Shown: positions 25,366 to 39,185, counted from the stretch's first letter. The stretch: DNA of 64,000 nucleotides from Lama glama (GCA_028534125.1 CM052817.1:14076001-14140000), one strand, 5' to 3'. The notes: generated from the letters alone by a model not told the origin. Program-made: numbers and translations.

Positions 25366-26989
25366 CAGGGTCTGATTTACAATGAGGCCAAGGAAGCTTA
25401 GGGCTTAGGCCCCATCTTTGGACATTTCTTCCATCCAGAGGTCTGCAAACATGTTCATAGTCACATTCTTTCCTAATATTTAAAAAGTAGGATAGTTTAA
25501 CTGCAATTAGTTAGCACTTCTGTCCCTCTCCACTCCAACTTTTCTATGGCCCACTTTCTCTCATGACTCTCAGACTAGAATTTTTAGACTCTAGCTAAGG
25601 GAAAGTTTAGCTTTATTTATGTAGTTAAGGAAACTTTTTATGTACAGTCAAGTTATGGATGGCTTTCCTCGGGTAGGAATGGCTTCCACAGATGGGAATA
25701 CTACCTAATGCATGAACTCACCAGATGTCATGACCCAAAGGTGACTCAAAAGCGACCCGTGAATATCTCGGGCAGTCCCCAACCCTGAAAGTCTGAGGAC
25801 AGTGGGTGGACTGCTCGTTACATAGCTGTTCAGGCCCTGCAATTTGCAACCTGAAGTCAAAGATATTTTAGGCATCAAAAATATATTTCCAATGAGTTGC
25901 AAGAAAAACTTGAATATAAAAACACACTTGTAAAATATTCAAAAGCTTGAGAAAGTCAAAATATGCCATTTTAATTGCAACTAAAAACATGTTATAGCAC
26001 ATTTCAATAAAACAGAAATTTAGACTTCTGTTTGGATATATGTGAAATTACCTTTATTGTCATTTATAAAATGGCATTAAAAATGAGAGGAAATTTAGAT
26101 AAAAAATGCAGTATAAAACAAAAGTGACAGAAGTGAAAAATGAAACTATCAACTTAGAAATTACTTTGACATGAAGAAGCAAATTGTAACAACACCAAGA
26201 AAAAAACCAAAACCAAAATACTCAAATTACATCAAAAGGACTAAGCTTTAGAAGAAGAGATGTGATGTAAAATAATGAGTAAGCTCTTGGATTGATAACC
26301 AAGTAGTAAAAAGGAATGAGTAATGGATCAAATAAATACATTGGAAAAAAGATTTAAGTATCATGTTGAAATAATGTGAAATGACCAGAAAACATCGATA
26401 TTGATGAAAATAACAAGCTTTTAATATACTACTAAAATGATATCAATGATAAACTGGTAATGAATACTGTCAATTCAATGGTGACTCAAGATTAGTGAAC
26501 AATAAAGTCTGAAAAATCACAAAATCTTAAAACTTATTTTCTGAAAGAAAATCAAAAGACATTTTTCTGTCTGATAATAACCCTAAAAATACATATAATA
26601 TTGCAAATAACGAGTTGTTAAGTGAAAGCAATCTTTCCTACCTGTAATAAAAAGTTAACTTCAGTCAATTCTGCTATGAGCCTGAATTATCCTTCTTTTC
26701 TGTCTATAAAATGATACAAAAAATGGCATAAAAGCCAGAATTTGGAAAAATATTACACAGGTTTATAAAGCACTGAATATATTTTAAAGTATGTTACTAT
26801 TTTAATTTTTTTCATATTTATGTCATTTGTCATCTTCCTAAAATTTGTAATTTTGAAATGTATAATTTCTCTTCCTAAATAAATATTCACTTTACACTTA
26901 GTTTTTATTTTAATCATATAACCTTTCTCTTAAAGGGTATCACCAAACTATATAAACTCAAGACCCCACAAAACCTAAATCTGCTTCTG
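25366..26989 (+). mobile_element. Zaphod-like hAT-Tip100 DNA transposon, internally deleted, with transposase remnant
   Basis: Termini cagggtctgatttacaatgagg / cccacaaaacctaaatctgcttctg; ~26559-26650 translates TFFCLIITLKIHIILQITSC*..SESNLSYL, like the hAT C-terminal dimerisation domain. Confidence 0.75.
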
Positions 26990-27144
26990 CATGATAGTAA
27001 GATTAAATGACTTAAGTAAACTCCAAGGCCAATTCAAAAACAGAGATCTATCAAAGTTTATGTAATTTGAATTCTCAGAGCTAATGTGTCAGCTTTGACA
27101 TATAAAGAGGGTACCACTAACTTAGAGTCACCTTGTGAGAAATG

Positions 27145-27168
27145 CACACACACACACACACACACACA
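27145..27168. repeat. (CA)n microsatellite
   Basis: About 12 CA units. Confidence 0.95.
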
Positions 27169-27179
27169 ATTTGAGACAC

Positions 27180-27803
27180 TGTATTTAATTTATATCATTG
27201 CATAATCAATTACCAAAAACTTAGCAACTGATAGCATTATCCATTTATTATTTCATGGTTCTGCAAGTAAGAAGTCTAAGCAGGCTTGGCTGGGTTTTCT
27301 TCTGAGGATCTCACAAGGCTAGAATCCAAGTATCAGTAGGCTGGACTCTTAGAAGTTCTAGGGACTAACCCACATTCAAATTCATTCAAATTGTTGAAAG
27401 AATCCAGTTCCTTGTGGTTATAGGTCTGAGGTCCCCACCTCTTTCCTGGCTGTCAGTTTCTTCTCAGGCTGGTCTTCTCCTAGAAACTGTCTCACAGTTC
27501 TTCTCACAGAACACCCCCTCCCTTTTTCAAATTGTCAACAGTACACAATATTTTTCATGCTTCTAATCTCTCTGGCTTGTTCTTCTGCCACCAGTTGGAG
27601 GCAGCTCTACACTTTTAAGGAATTAAGTGATTAGATTAAGCACACACAGATAATCTCCCAAAACGTCAACTCTGATATGCAACAGAATATAATCACAGGA
27701 ATGATATTTCAACATATTCACAGATTCTATCCACACTCAAAGAGGAGGGGATTATATAAGGGTGAAGGTCATTGAGGGCCATTCTTAGAATTTTGCCTAC
27801 CAC
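27180..27803 (-). mobile_element. MaLR MLT1E-like solo LTR
   Basis: tctcacaaggctagaatccaag...agaatccagttccttgtggttataggtctgaggtcccc...ttagaattttgcctaccac. Confidence 0.85.
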
Positions 27804-28454
27804 TTCCTATTGGAGTAACATGACTCCATATTGCACGTGCAATCCAAGTCAAGGGGAATCAAAGATGACTCTTTCACAGGGAGCTTGAACACTGGTCCAT
27901 ATAAAGCTAAGGAAATAAATCAGAGAGAGACCAAGAGACGAAGAGAGATAATTTGATAGAGGAGAAGAGAGGGAGAAAAAGAAAAACAAGTCTGTCATGA
28001 CCCCAAATAATCTGCATATTCTCTCTCCTCTCTTGTTTGCTAATGTATGCTCTCTACGGAAGACATGAAACTTCTAAAATGTTTGTTTTTCTTAAAAGTT
28101 ATTTGCGTCTCCTAATTGGCATGTCATTTCATAATTACAGTCTGGTACCAAATCTGAAGTTTTGAGCCATTCTTATGTCTTCCTTCTCTGTTAAGTTGTT
28201 TATGCTGTGGAACGTTTGAGTCTATAATTAAATTATTGTCTCAAACAAATTAACCATATCCGTGCATATATTAACATATCATTATAAGAGTGGAAAAACA
28301 GAGATGTGTGCCATAGACTATCTAGCTGAATGATGCTGCACAGATCTGGGCTTGCTTTTCTGGTAACTTGCCTCAATTCTGGGGGTGGGAGGAGACCGAG
28401 AATATAACTCCAGGAAAAAGACATAACTTACCCTTACCTTAAAATAAGGCGACA

Positions 28455-28861
28455 GTGTGAGAGTTGGAAATATTTTTGAACAAACATCTACTCTAATCCC
28501 CTTCCTTTCTCAATATGGGAAAAATACATTTTTAGTTTCTTGGTCATGTGTCTGGATTTGGTCAACAGGACTCTAGCAAATATGGTGTGACAATGGGCTG
28601 TAAATGGATTTGAGGTTTGGCTTGCCTCTCATGCTCTGCTGACCTGCTATGACAAGACCAAGCCCCTTCAAACTGCAAATCAGGACACATCAATATGGAG
28701 CAGAACTGACATAACTTGCTGATCAGCTAAGTCTCCCCACTGAACCTGGTCTCAATCAGCCAAACCAATTAACTGCAGACCTGCCTGTGTGTTGTTGCAA
28801 GCCTATTGAGTAGAGGATGCTTTGTTACACAGCATTGTTCCAGCGATAGTTGACTAATAGA
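28455..28861 (+). mobile_element. MaLR MLT1H/I-like LTR
   Basis: 3' end tgctttgttacacagcattgttccagcgatagttgactaata. Confidence 0.7.
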
Positions 28862-28921
28862 AATGAGAAAGGGAGGAAAAAATCTAGAGATACAGATTTT
28901 GATTTAAATCAGATTCAGTTA

Positions 28922-29015
28922 AATATATACATATTTATATTCTCTCTCTATATATATAATGTATGTCTATGTGTGTGTGTGTGTGTGTGTATAGCACATG
29001 CCTGTGTGTATATGT
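28922..29015. repeat. Compound (TA)n/(TC)n/(TG)n microsatellite
   Basis: Directly visible. Confidence 0.85.
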
Positions 29016-29916
29016 AGTGTTTTTTCAACAGTGTATCACACTTAAAAAACTGCTCTCTTTGGTAGATAATTTTATGCTAAAATTTATAGTTAAAGAAGTC
29101 CTTATATGATAATTTTGTTCACAGTAAAATGTAACAACAGTGCAGCCAGAACTGTTATTTCTCCTTGTTGGACTATCAGCCACTGTAGTTGCCTGCTTAT
29201 TCATAATTTTAAAAGGATCTTATAACTCTCTAAACAGGCATATGTAGAAAACTGCCTTTTGAGAAGGCTATAACCTTCTAAATATTCTAGATCTATATTA
29301 CATCTGATTTTGTGAGATGTTTGATTTTTATAAATAAGAGAAAAACACTTGCAGATTACATCAAGGTCACAACAGTCCCCTTGCATCAAAATAGCATCAA
29401 AAGAAAAAGAGAAATACTGAGGCAGAAAGAACACTTAAAAACACTACTAAAATAAATTTAAATGGATAGGAAAGCCTTCTTCTACTTTCACAGTTGTAAA
29501 AGCACATCTCTGTCTATAAAGACTTCTGACCATAAGATTTCTTCTCCTACTCACTATGAAATCAAAAACAGTGACTGGCAACATGATATAATCCACATGA
29601 ATAATCAATATATAAAGCGCTGAAGAGATATACATTCTTACAAACTTTTGGGTGATAAAAACTTGGATGGTTTCAAGCTGCGGAAATCATAACAACCAAT
29701 TGCTGAGCAGAATGAGGGGGTGATGTAATGAGTGAATACAGCCCCCATACAGTCCTTCACAAATAGGGACAGCATGCAGGCAACAACATGTGACTGAAAC
29801 TAAGAAAACCTCTCCCATAATTTTATAAAATTATTATTTAGGCACCATCGTTTTTCTTTTTAAACTCAATTTTAATTCATATTCTAGATTCAAATGGTTT
29901 ACTTTTCAATCTAGAG

Positions 29917-30135
29917 AAGGGCTTCTCACCCTCAGCACTGTGTACATTTTGGGCTGCATAATTCTTTGTTGTAGGGGGCTGACCTGCTCATTGTAAGATG
30001 TTCAGCTGCATCCCTGACTTCTACATATTAGATGTCAGGAGCACCCTCTAACCTGGAGCTATGACAACCCAAAATGTCTCCATACTTGGCCAAATATCCC
30101 CTAGGGACAAAATCACCCCCCGTTGAAAACCAATG
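29917..30135. mobile_element. MER20 (hAT-Charlie MITE), full length
   Basis: 219 bp matching the recalled MER20; 8-bp TSD atctagag / atctagaa (7/8, NTCTAGAN Charlie target). Confidence 0.93.
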
Positions 30136-30199
30136 ATCTAGAAAAATGTAATGCAATAACGTTCATTCTTCCAACACCAGATGCTAATAACAAACACCA

Positions 30200-30385
30200 A
30201 AACAGTCATAATTTTATGATGTTTACTCTTTGCCAGACACATAGTAACTCATTTTACTCCTTACAAAAGTGAAATGCCTTATATATTATTAGTATCTTGT
30301 ATTATTGATGAAAAACTGAAACATAAAGAAGTTAAGGGACTTGCTCCAGCAGTAAGTGAGCCTGGATTTGAACACTAGAATTTCT
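30200..30385 (-). mobile_element. MIR SINE
   Basis: gatgaaaaactgaaacataaagaagttaagggacttgctc. Confidence 0.7.
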
Positions 30386-33300
30386 CCCTTTTTGGAGAGA
30401 AAGTCCTAAATGAAATAGACTTGAAGACACCAGGATTCCAGAGCGACCTTGGACACACGAGCAGTGTCCCCGGGGAGCTATCTTTGCCCATCGGTTGTAT
30501 CTGGAAGCTGAGCTAGATGACTTCAGAGGACCTTTCCACTGCTGACAATCTGTAGGTCCCTACATTAGAGGCAGATCTACTTGGCTGTCTTTATTTCAAT
30601 AAAGGCAAGCTAACCACACATTAGATAGTGTCCAGCAACAGCAGCTCAGTTCCTAATGGCAGCCATCCATCTTCACTGATTGAAATTCACAGTGTTTTAG
30701 AGCATACGTTTCCTTAAACCCGTCTGCTATGAGAAAACTCTGCAGGGAAGAGCAGAGAAAACTCTGCTCACAAAACAGTCTTGCAAATTTCTCCGTGGAT
30801 TTCTTCACAAGGTCTTCGAGGTCAATCATAGACATGGTTGGAGAGAACACATACGTTCTCCCTTCTTGCATAGCCGATAGGAGAAAGGAGTTAACTGCTG
30901 GCCAGATGACTGTAAAATTACCCTTTGAAGTAAGTGCCAGAAAATGTGATCAGCCTAATGTTAATTAAATTACTAGTGAACACTGGAAGGAGCCAGTTTC
31001 CTCATCTGAGATGACTACTGTAAATCCCATTCTCACAAAAAATAAGACTTGAGTGCATGAGAAAATGCTGAATTCCATTCCTGACCTCACTGAAAATTTG
31101 TCTTCACTAGTTCATCTGTCCCTAACCTCACTCTGCCTTCAATGAACCTGTTCAGCTGCTGTGAAAACCACTTTTCTGTTATAGATACTGCTTATTTCAC
31201 ACAATTCCTTAAAGTCCGTCATTACATCTGTTTCCAATGGGTCAAAATTCTTGACCACTTAATTCCCCTACCCACAGACCTGATCCCAGACATGTATTCT
31301 TACAAATTCCAATGGAAAAGTAAAGATGTGTGTGGTTACCTACATGGTAAACTACCTTGGGCACAACAGGGAAGTCCAGGAGAACTATGTCCTGTATTTA
31401 TTTAATTAGTATGATTTTTGACAGAGAAATTTCCAAAGTTACACCAGAAACAAAATTATTAAAAAGAAAATACAGTTCTCAATCTTTCTGAGCCAGAAAC
31501 CCACAGTGCTATGTCAAGTCCCAAAGACACCCTTCCCTGTCCCTTTCCACAAGCAGACACATTACCACACTTTAAAGTGCTTTAGAGGGTCACTTATGGT
31601 CACTCACTGCATATTCAGACAGTGTTACAACCCAAATACACTCCTGAAAACGTTAAAAACCAGAAGCAAAAAATCCTGAAAAACCACGGCAAATGTGAGC
31701 CATAGTTTTTACATATACATGACATATATGAATAAATGTGTGATATTTATAAATAAATTGCTATGTATAGAAATGTTTCCCTTAATTGCTATACAAAACT
31801 GAAAAATTATTTTTTACTTCTTCACTTCAAATCCTAAAAATTTTTTACGAGGGCATGGTTATATTAGGAAAACATATAAACATACTTAGATTATTCAAGA
31901 GGAATGCAATGAGGCAAATGATACAGTTGACAGATGTCTAATTAGAACTCTTTGGTCCTTCCAGCTTTTAATGATAGATTTTCCCACACTGAATAATTAT
32001 CACTTCTACCTGTACCAAATCCATAGCCAGGCTCACATCACCTTGCCATTATGATACTAAGAACTTTCCACACTGAATTATTAAATGATCTCAGGAGTTG
32101 GCTACAGCTCATAGAAATGTGACAGCCCAATGTGTCTTAGTGCTGTGAACTGTAACCAAAAGACTAAACACCCTTGACAGCCTGATAAAAAATTAATTAT
32201 TATTCATTCAATGGAAAGGATACAACTCTGCCAAAAGCTGTTAATTGTGGAGATTTTAGAGTTCTCAGTTCCTCTCTCGGAGAGGGCACAACAGTAGGAT
32301 TTTTCATGAGGATTAAGTAGCATATACAAAATATCTAGCCTTGTTTGGCACACGCTGGATATTTACACCTTAGTTCCTTTCACTGGCCTGAGAATATTTT
32401 GTCTTCTTTCCTCCCTAAATGGCAACTGCATCCTTAAAGACCAGAGGTAGCAATCAGAATGGAGGAATGGAAGAAATACTGGGCTCTGAGAAAAGATGAC
32501 GGTTAAGAGATACTTTAGATGCAGTCAAAGTACTCAGGTACTCCACGCTAGTTCAAGTGGCTTAAACTTGTCCAGTTCTGTCTGTTCACTGGGTTATTGT
32601 GTACATTGAGAAAGACAGGGGAGAGACTTTTTAAAAGCCTATATATCACAAAATAGGTATTCTTATTTTTACAGCTAGTAGGTACGGAATTCATGTTGGT
32701 AAAATTGTTAGTGAATTGTGTGATCAGGAAAGGTCAATTCAATATTTGGTTTCCAAAATTCCACTCAGAAAAATAAGCCTCCAATTTTACCATTTAGTGA
32801 CAATTTCTTCAACACACACACACACACAAGATCCTCCCCTGAACGTGCTGATTAAATTGATTCAGTTAGGACATGACTGGATACAACAGAAATACAGGCA
32901 AAAAATGAATTTGCCAAGTAATAATGATAAACGACATGAGTCTTTTCTCTTTAAAAGTTAACTTAGTGGATTGAGGTCGTTTACCAATCTTGCATTAGAG
33001 GAACTATTTTAAGCATCTAAAAATTGATCATTCCAAAACTGAATAAATAGTGGACAGAGATCACTGCGCTATTTTCTTCTGTTATTACACAGCACAGAAA
33101 ATCCCTGCCTATGGAATATCTCTTGCCCACACTCTGATCAGATACAGCCACACAATTTGCACGTCTCTAGGACTGTGAACACTTTTATGTTCAAAGGGAG
33201 GTGAGGTTGAAGACGATGCAGAGGACAGAGTGCTAGCTGAACTTGCCGCAGCAAAGCCTGTTTTTTAAATACCTCATTTTTTAGGCTTCTCTTGGCAGAC

Positions 33301-34019
33301 TGACCTTTCCTTATAGTAGCTTATCTGGCTGTGGAACACTATTCCCAGGCCTCCTGGGGTTCACAAATCTATGAAGAAGCAGAGTCAGAAAATAAAGGGG
33401 ATCTGGGAGCAAAATACACAATCAAAATAAAGTTTCTGCCGAGTTAGAGTAGGATGTGGACGAGCCTCTAAATGCCAAAGGTGGCTTTTCAGCTTCCCAG
33501 CTCACATCCCCCTCCGCTGTCCTGAGAAAAGAAAGCAGCAAAGGGCTCAGCCTCCTGGGGAATAAATACTAGGTGGTGATGCGGGGAAAATAAAGCCTTT
33601 CTTACCAGGGCAGAGAGCACTGATGCAAAGGGCCAGTCAGTGCCGGGTAGTTGCAGAACTGTCGGAAGTAACCCTTGGAAGCTCAAGATGGGGCATAAAA
33701 GAGTTGAAATAACTTATTGTGAGCGCAGAGCTGTGTAGTCTGACAGTTGTTTCATGTGGAAAGATCGGGTACTTGAGTCAATCACGGCAACTTCGAAATG
33801 TTGTCATCCCTCTCTGGTTTAGTGTTCCCCTCCACTTGCATATCTGTAAACTGAAGCCGACAACAGCAGCCTTGCAGACACATGGAGAGAACTAAGATAG
33901 TGTGTATGAAAACACCTACTGTAATATCTGCATAACTTACGTCCCCCTGGAAGTTCATTTTTCCTCCGACTGATGTCAATGATGCTTGGGGCATAGCACC
34001 GAGACAGAGTGGGGACTTC

Positions 34020-34240
34020 AGAGATGCTCGGGTTCCACCTGAGACCCCTATTCTGCCTAAGGAAGGACCACAGGAGTTATCTGATCTCAGGGCATGCTGT
34101 TGAGATGTTTCTGAGCTTCAGTTTAGTCACTTATAAAATGGGGTCATAATAATTGACTACCTGTGGTTGTTACAAACATTAAAGCAGAGAATGAAAGAAA
34201 ATGTCTTTGTGTGTTAATATGAGCCTTCATTATTATTACC
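34020..34240 (+). mobile_element. MIR SINE
   Basis: tctgagcttcagtttagtcacttataaaatggggtcataata. Confidence 0.75.
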
Positions 34241-34294
34241 ATCATCATTAGTATAAGGCCCAAGAGTCCACTATACTAATACTAGTCCATTCAC

Positions 34295-34500
34295 TCTCCC
34301 TTCTCCCTCTTTCTTCTTTATGTATAAAGACACTTGTCATTGGATTTAAGGCCCACCCCAAGTCCAGGATGACTCCATCCCAAAATCCTAACCTCAGTTA
34401 CATCTGCAAAGACCCCTTTTCCAAATAAGGTTATACTCATAGGTTCCCCGGGGCTAGGAGATGGGCACATCTTTGGGGGAATCACAATGCAACCCAGATG
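34295..34500 (-). mobile_element. MaLR MLT1C/D-like LTR 5' part
   Basis: tataaagacacttgtcattggatttaaggcccacc...tacatctgcaaagaccccttttccaaataagg. Confidence 0.85.
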
Positions 34501-34779
34501 TGAAGAATAGAAATGAATGCATTATGTAATACCAGGTAGTGACAGGGCTACAAGAATGAGAGTTAAGGATGAATGGGGGATGCTTTTTGAGTAAAGGTCT
34601 TCCAAAGGTGATATCTGAGTCAAGAGCTAAATGACACCAGGAGAGAGTAAGACAAGCAAAGAAATGGAGGACATGTGTTCTAGGCAGAGCAAGCAGCAAA
34701 TACAGACAGGAAAACCCAGAGTTGGGGTGGCTGGAAGCACAATGAGGGAGCAGGGTGGTAGGGAAACAGATGAGGGGGC
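34500..34779 (-). mobile_element. L2 fragment
   Basis: aaggtcttccaaaggtgatatctgagtcaagagctaaatgac...tgttctaggcagagcaagcagc. Confidence 0.7.
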
Positions 34780-35151
34780 TACTATGAATTGAACGTTTGT
34801 GTCCTCCCCAAGCTTGTATGTTGAAATCCGAATCCCCAATGTGATGCTATTAGGAGGTAGGGCTTTGGGGAGGTAATTAGTTCATCAGGATGGAGCCCCC
34901 AGGAGCGGGATTAGTGGCCTTATGAGAAGAGACATGAGAGAGCTTCCTTCTTGTCCCTGCCCCCCACCACAAGAGGTCACAACAAGAAGACAGTCATCTG
35001 CAACACAGAAGAGGACTCTCACCAGAACCTGGCCATGCTGGCACCCTGATCTTCAACTTCTAGCCTCCAGAGCTATGAGAAATAAGTTTCTGTTGTTGAT
35101 AAGCCACCCAGTCTGTGATATTTTTGTTACAGCAGCCTAAGCTAAAAAACA
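34780..35151 (+). mobile_element. MaLR MLT1A0-like solo LTR
   Basis: tactatgaattgaacgtttgtgtcc...catgctggcaccctgatctt...tttttgttacagcagcc. Confidence 0.9.
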
Positions 35152-35399
35152 CACAGGTCATGAGGAGGATTTTGCACAAGTTTGATGGGGAGCAAGACAA
35201 GACTGAGAGCAGCAGAGACTTCATCTTTAAGGCAGACATTCTATTTTAAACCAAACCCTAGAAATAGGCCTAAACATTTCAATAGTTACGTTCTCAAATA
35301 ATTAGCTCTAATAATAAGATAACACTCCAGGAGCAATTCTTTGCCAATATTAAAACTAAATTCAGGATTTCCTACAACGTCTTTTCATCATCTTGTGCT

Positions 35400-35675
35400 T
35401 CACTGAACATGTCATGCGTTTGCATAAACGATTCCTTCTGTCTGCATGCCCTTCCCCTGTGTGTCTCCTCCCTCTGCGGGTTGGTCAAAGGCCACTCACC
35501 CTCCCTCCACGCTCCAGGGCACCTATTCCCCTGAGCACTTCCTTCACTGCCCCATCAGTGTCTGTTTACAAGCCTGCCTCCCCACATCAGTGTCTTACTC
35601 ATCTACGGAGTCCCAGAAACTAGCACACTGCACAATGGGTGCCGAATAAATGTCTGGTAAATGTGTGAGTGAATC
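35400..35675 (+). mobile_element. L2 3' fragment
   Basis: ctagcacactgcacaatgggtgccgaataaatgtctggtaaatg. Confidence 0.55.
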
Positions 35676-37279
35676 TTGGTCTTATTTAATCTGATTTTGC
35701 CGGCATTTATTTATTCCATCCCATTATTTAATTAAACATAGACTCTCTTCTGGTGTTTAGTGAATTTGTAGAAGGTTGGTACCAGGATACAATCTAAACA
35801 TTTTCTAATAATTCACTAGAATTGCTTTCAGGTATGAGCCTATTGTTCTGAAATTGCAAATGCCTCAAAAAGCAGATGAGTGGTAGGTGTTTTCCCTACA
35901 TTAAGTTTGAGATAACAAAGCCAAAGCAAGCTGCATTCACCTGTCCGGGACACCCACCAAATCATTGCAACAGAGCAGCTGAATCTGCATCACAGGGAGC
36001 TGCTGTCTTCCATCCCTGTCCTGTACCGAGCTCACTGAGCTGTGCTGTATTTTCATGCACATGAGTTCCGAATAATCAGTAAAATCAGTGAACCATGCAC
36101 CTCCCCCGCCACCCACACATACAAAAGCAGTGAAAAGACTCTGCTCCCTTCAGTTACCCTGGTATGAATGGACACACCAGCCGTGGCCTTCAGTGGTACT
36201 TCCAGGGAAATGGGGTCTTTGGAAACATTCTATTTTTTGATGAATTCTCAGATTCTCCTGATCAAACTTTCTCTCATGAAAACTCTAAAGCTGAGTATGT
36301 GCAATTGTGTTAAAGCATGGTGATTGTGGAAATGAACACAGAACCCAAATGGGTGCATTGCCCCAAAGGAAAAAGACACCTGAACCATTGTAGACAACAT
36401 GCATTCTCAGTTATTGGTGGGAATAAGACACATTCCAGATGGACTTCTCTTTCATGTTTGAAAAATGCCTTCCTTTATATAAATATTGACTAGATCCAGT
36501 TAGCCTGAGCATCTAGACAGAAAGATATGCATTACATCTCTTCTGGAAGCGAGTGGAGTACACAACACTTCCTGCATATGTTTGACCACATGAATGCTTT
36601 ATTATTTTTCCCCTGGATAAATATTTGGGAATGCTCTGCCGATGGAAATTTTAGCACTCTATAGTAATAGACCTTCCTAGACTTAATACACTCCATAGAA
36701 AAGGCCCACAGTGTAAATTATACTGTGACAACACTGATGTAATTACCTTGGCTAGCTTTACCACGGATATTACCAGAATTGCATTATTTCACAGCCATTA
36801 AGATGTCAAGAAAGATCAGGACACTAAAATGCAATATTGGGAAAAAATAGAAAAAAAAAAAAGAAAATCACCACTACATATACTTAGTGTTTAATATGGT
36901 TATAGAAAAATAACCTGTACAAAGATAAAACTTATGACTCCAATAATATTTCACTGGTGATTTTATGAAAAATCTCCACTTTGAAGCTCCATGATAATCA
37001 ATGCTTTCACTGGAAAGTCAGAAAACTAGAGAGAGCAATGTGTCCTGGTGACCTAGAACGGAAAGTAGAAAACTGGTTCCAAGTGGGTTCAAATCCACCA
37101 GTCAGGTCCCATTAGCACCACTGGCCCATAGTACTACTTGGTTGTGCTGTGAGGACATTCTTCAGGTGGTGGAACATCCTAGTTTCCAATTTTGAATCCA
37201 AAGTCAAATGTTTCCCAAATAAATGAACAAATTTAGGCCATAGTGAGTCTGCTTTCCTTCCTGGTTTTGTAACTATAGA

Positions 37280-37586
37280 AAATGCAGTGGGGGGATATGA
37301 ATAAATGTTGTCAAAAGATACAAAGGTGTAATTGTAAGTCCTGAAGATGTAATGCCCAGCCTGCTATAGTTAATAGGACTGTGTTGTATACTTGAACGTT
37401 GCTAAGAGAGCAAATCTTGAATCCTCATCACAAGAAAAAAAGAACGTTGTTAACAGTGAGAGTGATGGATGTAACCTAAACGTATCTGGTAATTATTTTG
37501 CATTATATACATACATCCGATCATTATGATGTACACCTTAAACTAATGCAGTATTATATGCCAATTACATATTAATAAAACTAGGG
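37280..37586 (+). mobile_element. L1 (L1MA-like) 3' UTR
   Basis: gtatacttgaacgttgctaagagag...tgtacaccttaaacta...caattacatattaataaaact. Confidence 0.85.
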
Positions 37587-38314
37587 ACCATATGGAAAAA
37601 ACCAAGGGACCCAGGAAGGAACGAGGATTCTTCCGCCACAGTGGTCAGGTGCTGGTCCAGCAATAAAGAAGTGCACATGGGGCTCGTGGGTGAGAAGACA
37701 GGGGAAAGGGTGTGAACGCTAATGCTGAAGTTCCTGGCTGAGAGTCAGAATAGAAGCTACTGTGCGGGGGAGGTGGCTCTGATGTTTTCTTAATTTAAAT
37801 GTAGCCGTGCTACAGATCAGCTTTCACAGGCACTGAGCCTGTTACCTTAAATGAGATGTGGTCTGTGTTTTTCAGGACATCAACTTACCAAAGTAATACA
37901 AAGCAAACATTGCTAGCCTCATTAGGGAGTGCTGCCTTACGAGGTGACATTAAAAAGAGATACCCAGGTGCAAAAACTAGGGACATCAACACCATTTATT
38001 TAGATACCAAAACCAAAAGTGATGATTAAAGGAAAACAATGATCTCCTGCCTCTTTAGAGACAGGCCATCATAATAAATTAATCGGAACACGGAGTAAAG
38101 ACTTTACAGATCATGCTTCACTGGATGTTACAATGTTAAGACTGTGGCGATTAAAAAGAAGTAGACAGCTTGCGAGTGGTATGAGTAGTTCTTACTTTGG
38201 CCATTTATTCTTTGATGTGACTTCCTAGTCCTACTCACTCTGTGCAAGGGATTTCACTGAGTCAATCAAATTACTCTCAGTCCACACCTGTAAGGATCTT
38301 TCTCTGACCCTTTT

Positions 38315-38550
38315 TACCTAGTGGATGAGAGAACTGGCTTTGGAATCAGGGGGACCTTAATTTACACAGAACCCCTGCCATCTGCTTTGAATAAGACAAT
38401 CAAGTTTTCTAAGCCCCTGTTTTCTCACCTGTAAAAAGTGGGGTAATAAAAGCTACCTAAATAAGTCTATCTATGGCAAAGTGGAATGAATATAAAGCCT
38501 TAGAACAGTATGTAGTCCTAATCATTAGCAAATTAATGGTGAGAAATAAT
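38315..38550 (+). mobile_element. MIR SINE
   Basis: ctaagcccctgttttctcacctgtaaaaagtggggtaataaa. Confidence 0.75.
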
Positions 38551-38689
38551 TATAAAAATAATTAGCAACTACTTTTGAAGAATGATAAAAGGGAACTCAG
38601 AGGTCGGTTATTCAATCCAAATCTTTCACTATTTGAGTGAGGACACTGAATTGTTTACTTCTAAATGGTTTCCAAACACTCTTTTTAAA

Positions 38690-39000
38690 ATGTATTTGGC
38701 AATATATTGTAGACCCACCATTTGTCAAGGTCTGTGGTAGGCACTGGAAATTCAAAGTATATATTTATTCACTGTGCTTGCATATATACTAATTACTCAT
38801 ACCCAGATTTATTCAAGAAATAACTGATGGCAGCTGCCCCTCGAGTTCAAAGCACACAAGAGGGGAACGAGGCACGTGACTGATCCCATGGTGTGATGGA
38901 AATCTCACCAGTGTCGATGAAAAAAAAGAAACAATGACTCTGCCAAGAAGGTCACTTCACAGAGAAGGTGGTGACTTACTGGGTCCTGTAAGAAGAGAAG
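38690..39000 (-). mobile_element. L2 fragment
   Basis: tgtcaaggtctgtggtaggcactggaaa...cttcacagagaaggtggtgac. Confidence 0.55.
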
Positions 39001-39039
39001 GAGCAGAGCGGACCATATCCTTGTAGGGTAGACAGAGGG

Positions 39040-39185
39040 AGTATCAACTCCACCTTACTAATGAAAAAAATCAACAACATGGAAAAAAAAAAACACTTAA
39101 ATCATCCATGGTTACATAAAAGATCAGGGGCAGAGTTGGATCTGAAATTCAGATCCTATGACCTATATCCACTTCTACTCTTTTT
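39040..39185 (-). mobile_element. MIR SINE fragment
   Basis: ggcagagttggatctgaaattcagatc. Confidence 0.5.
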
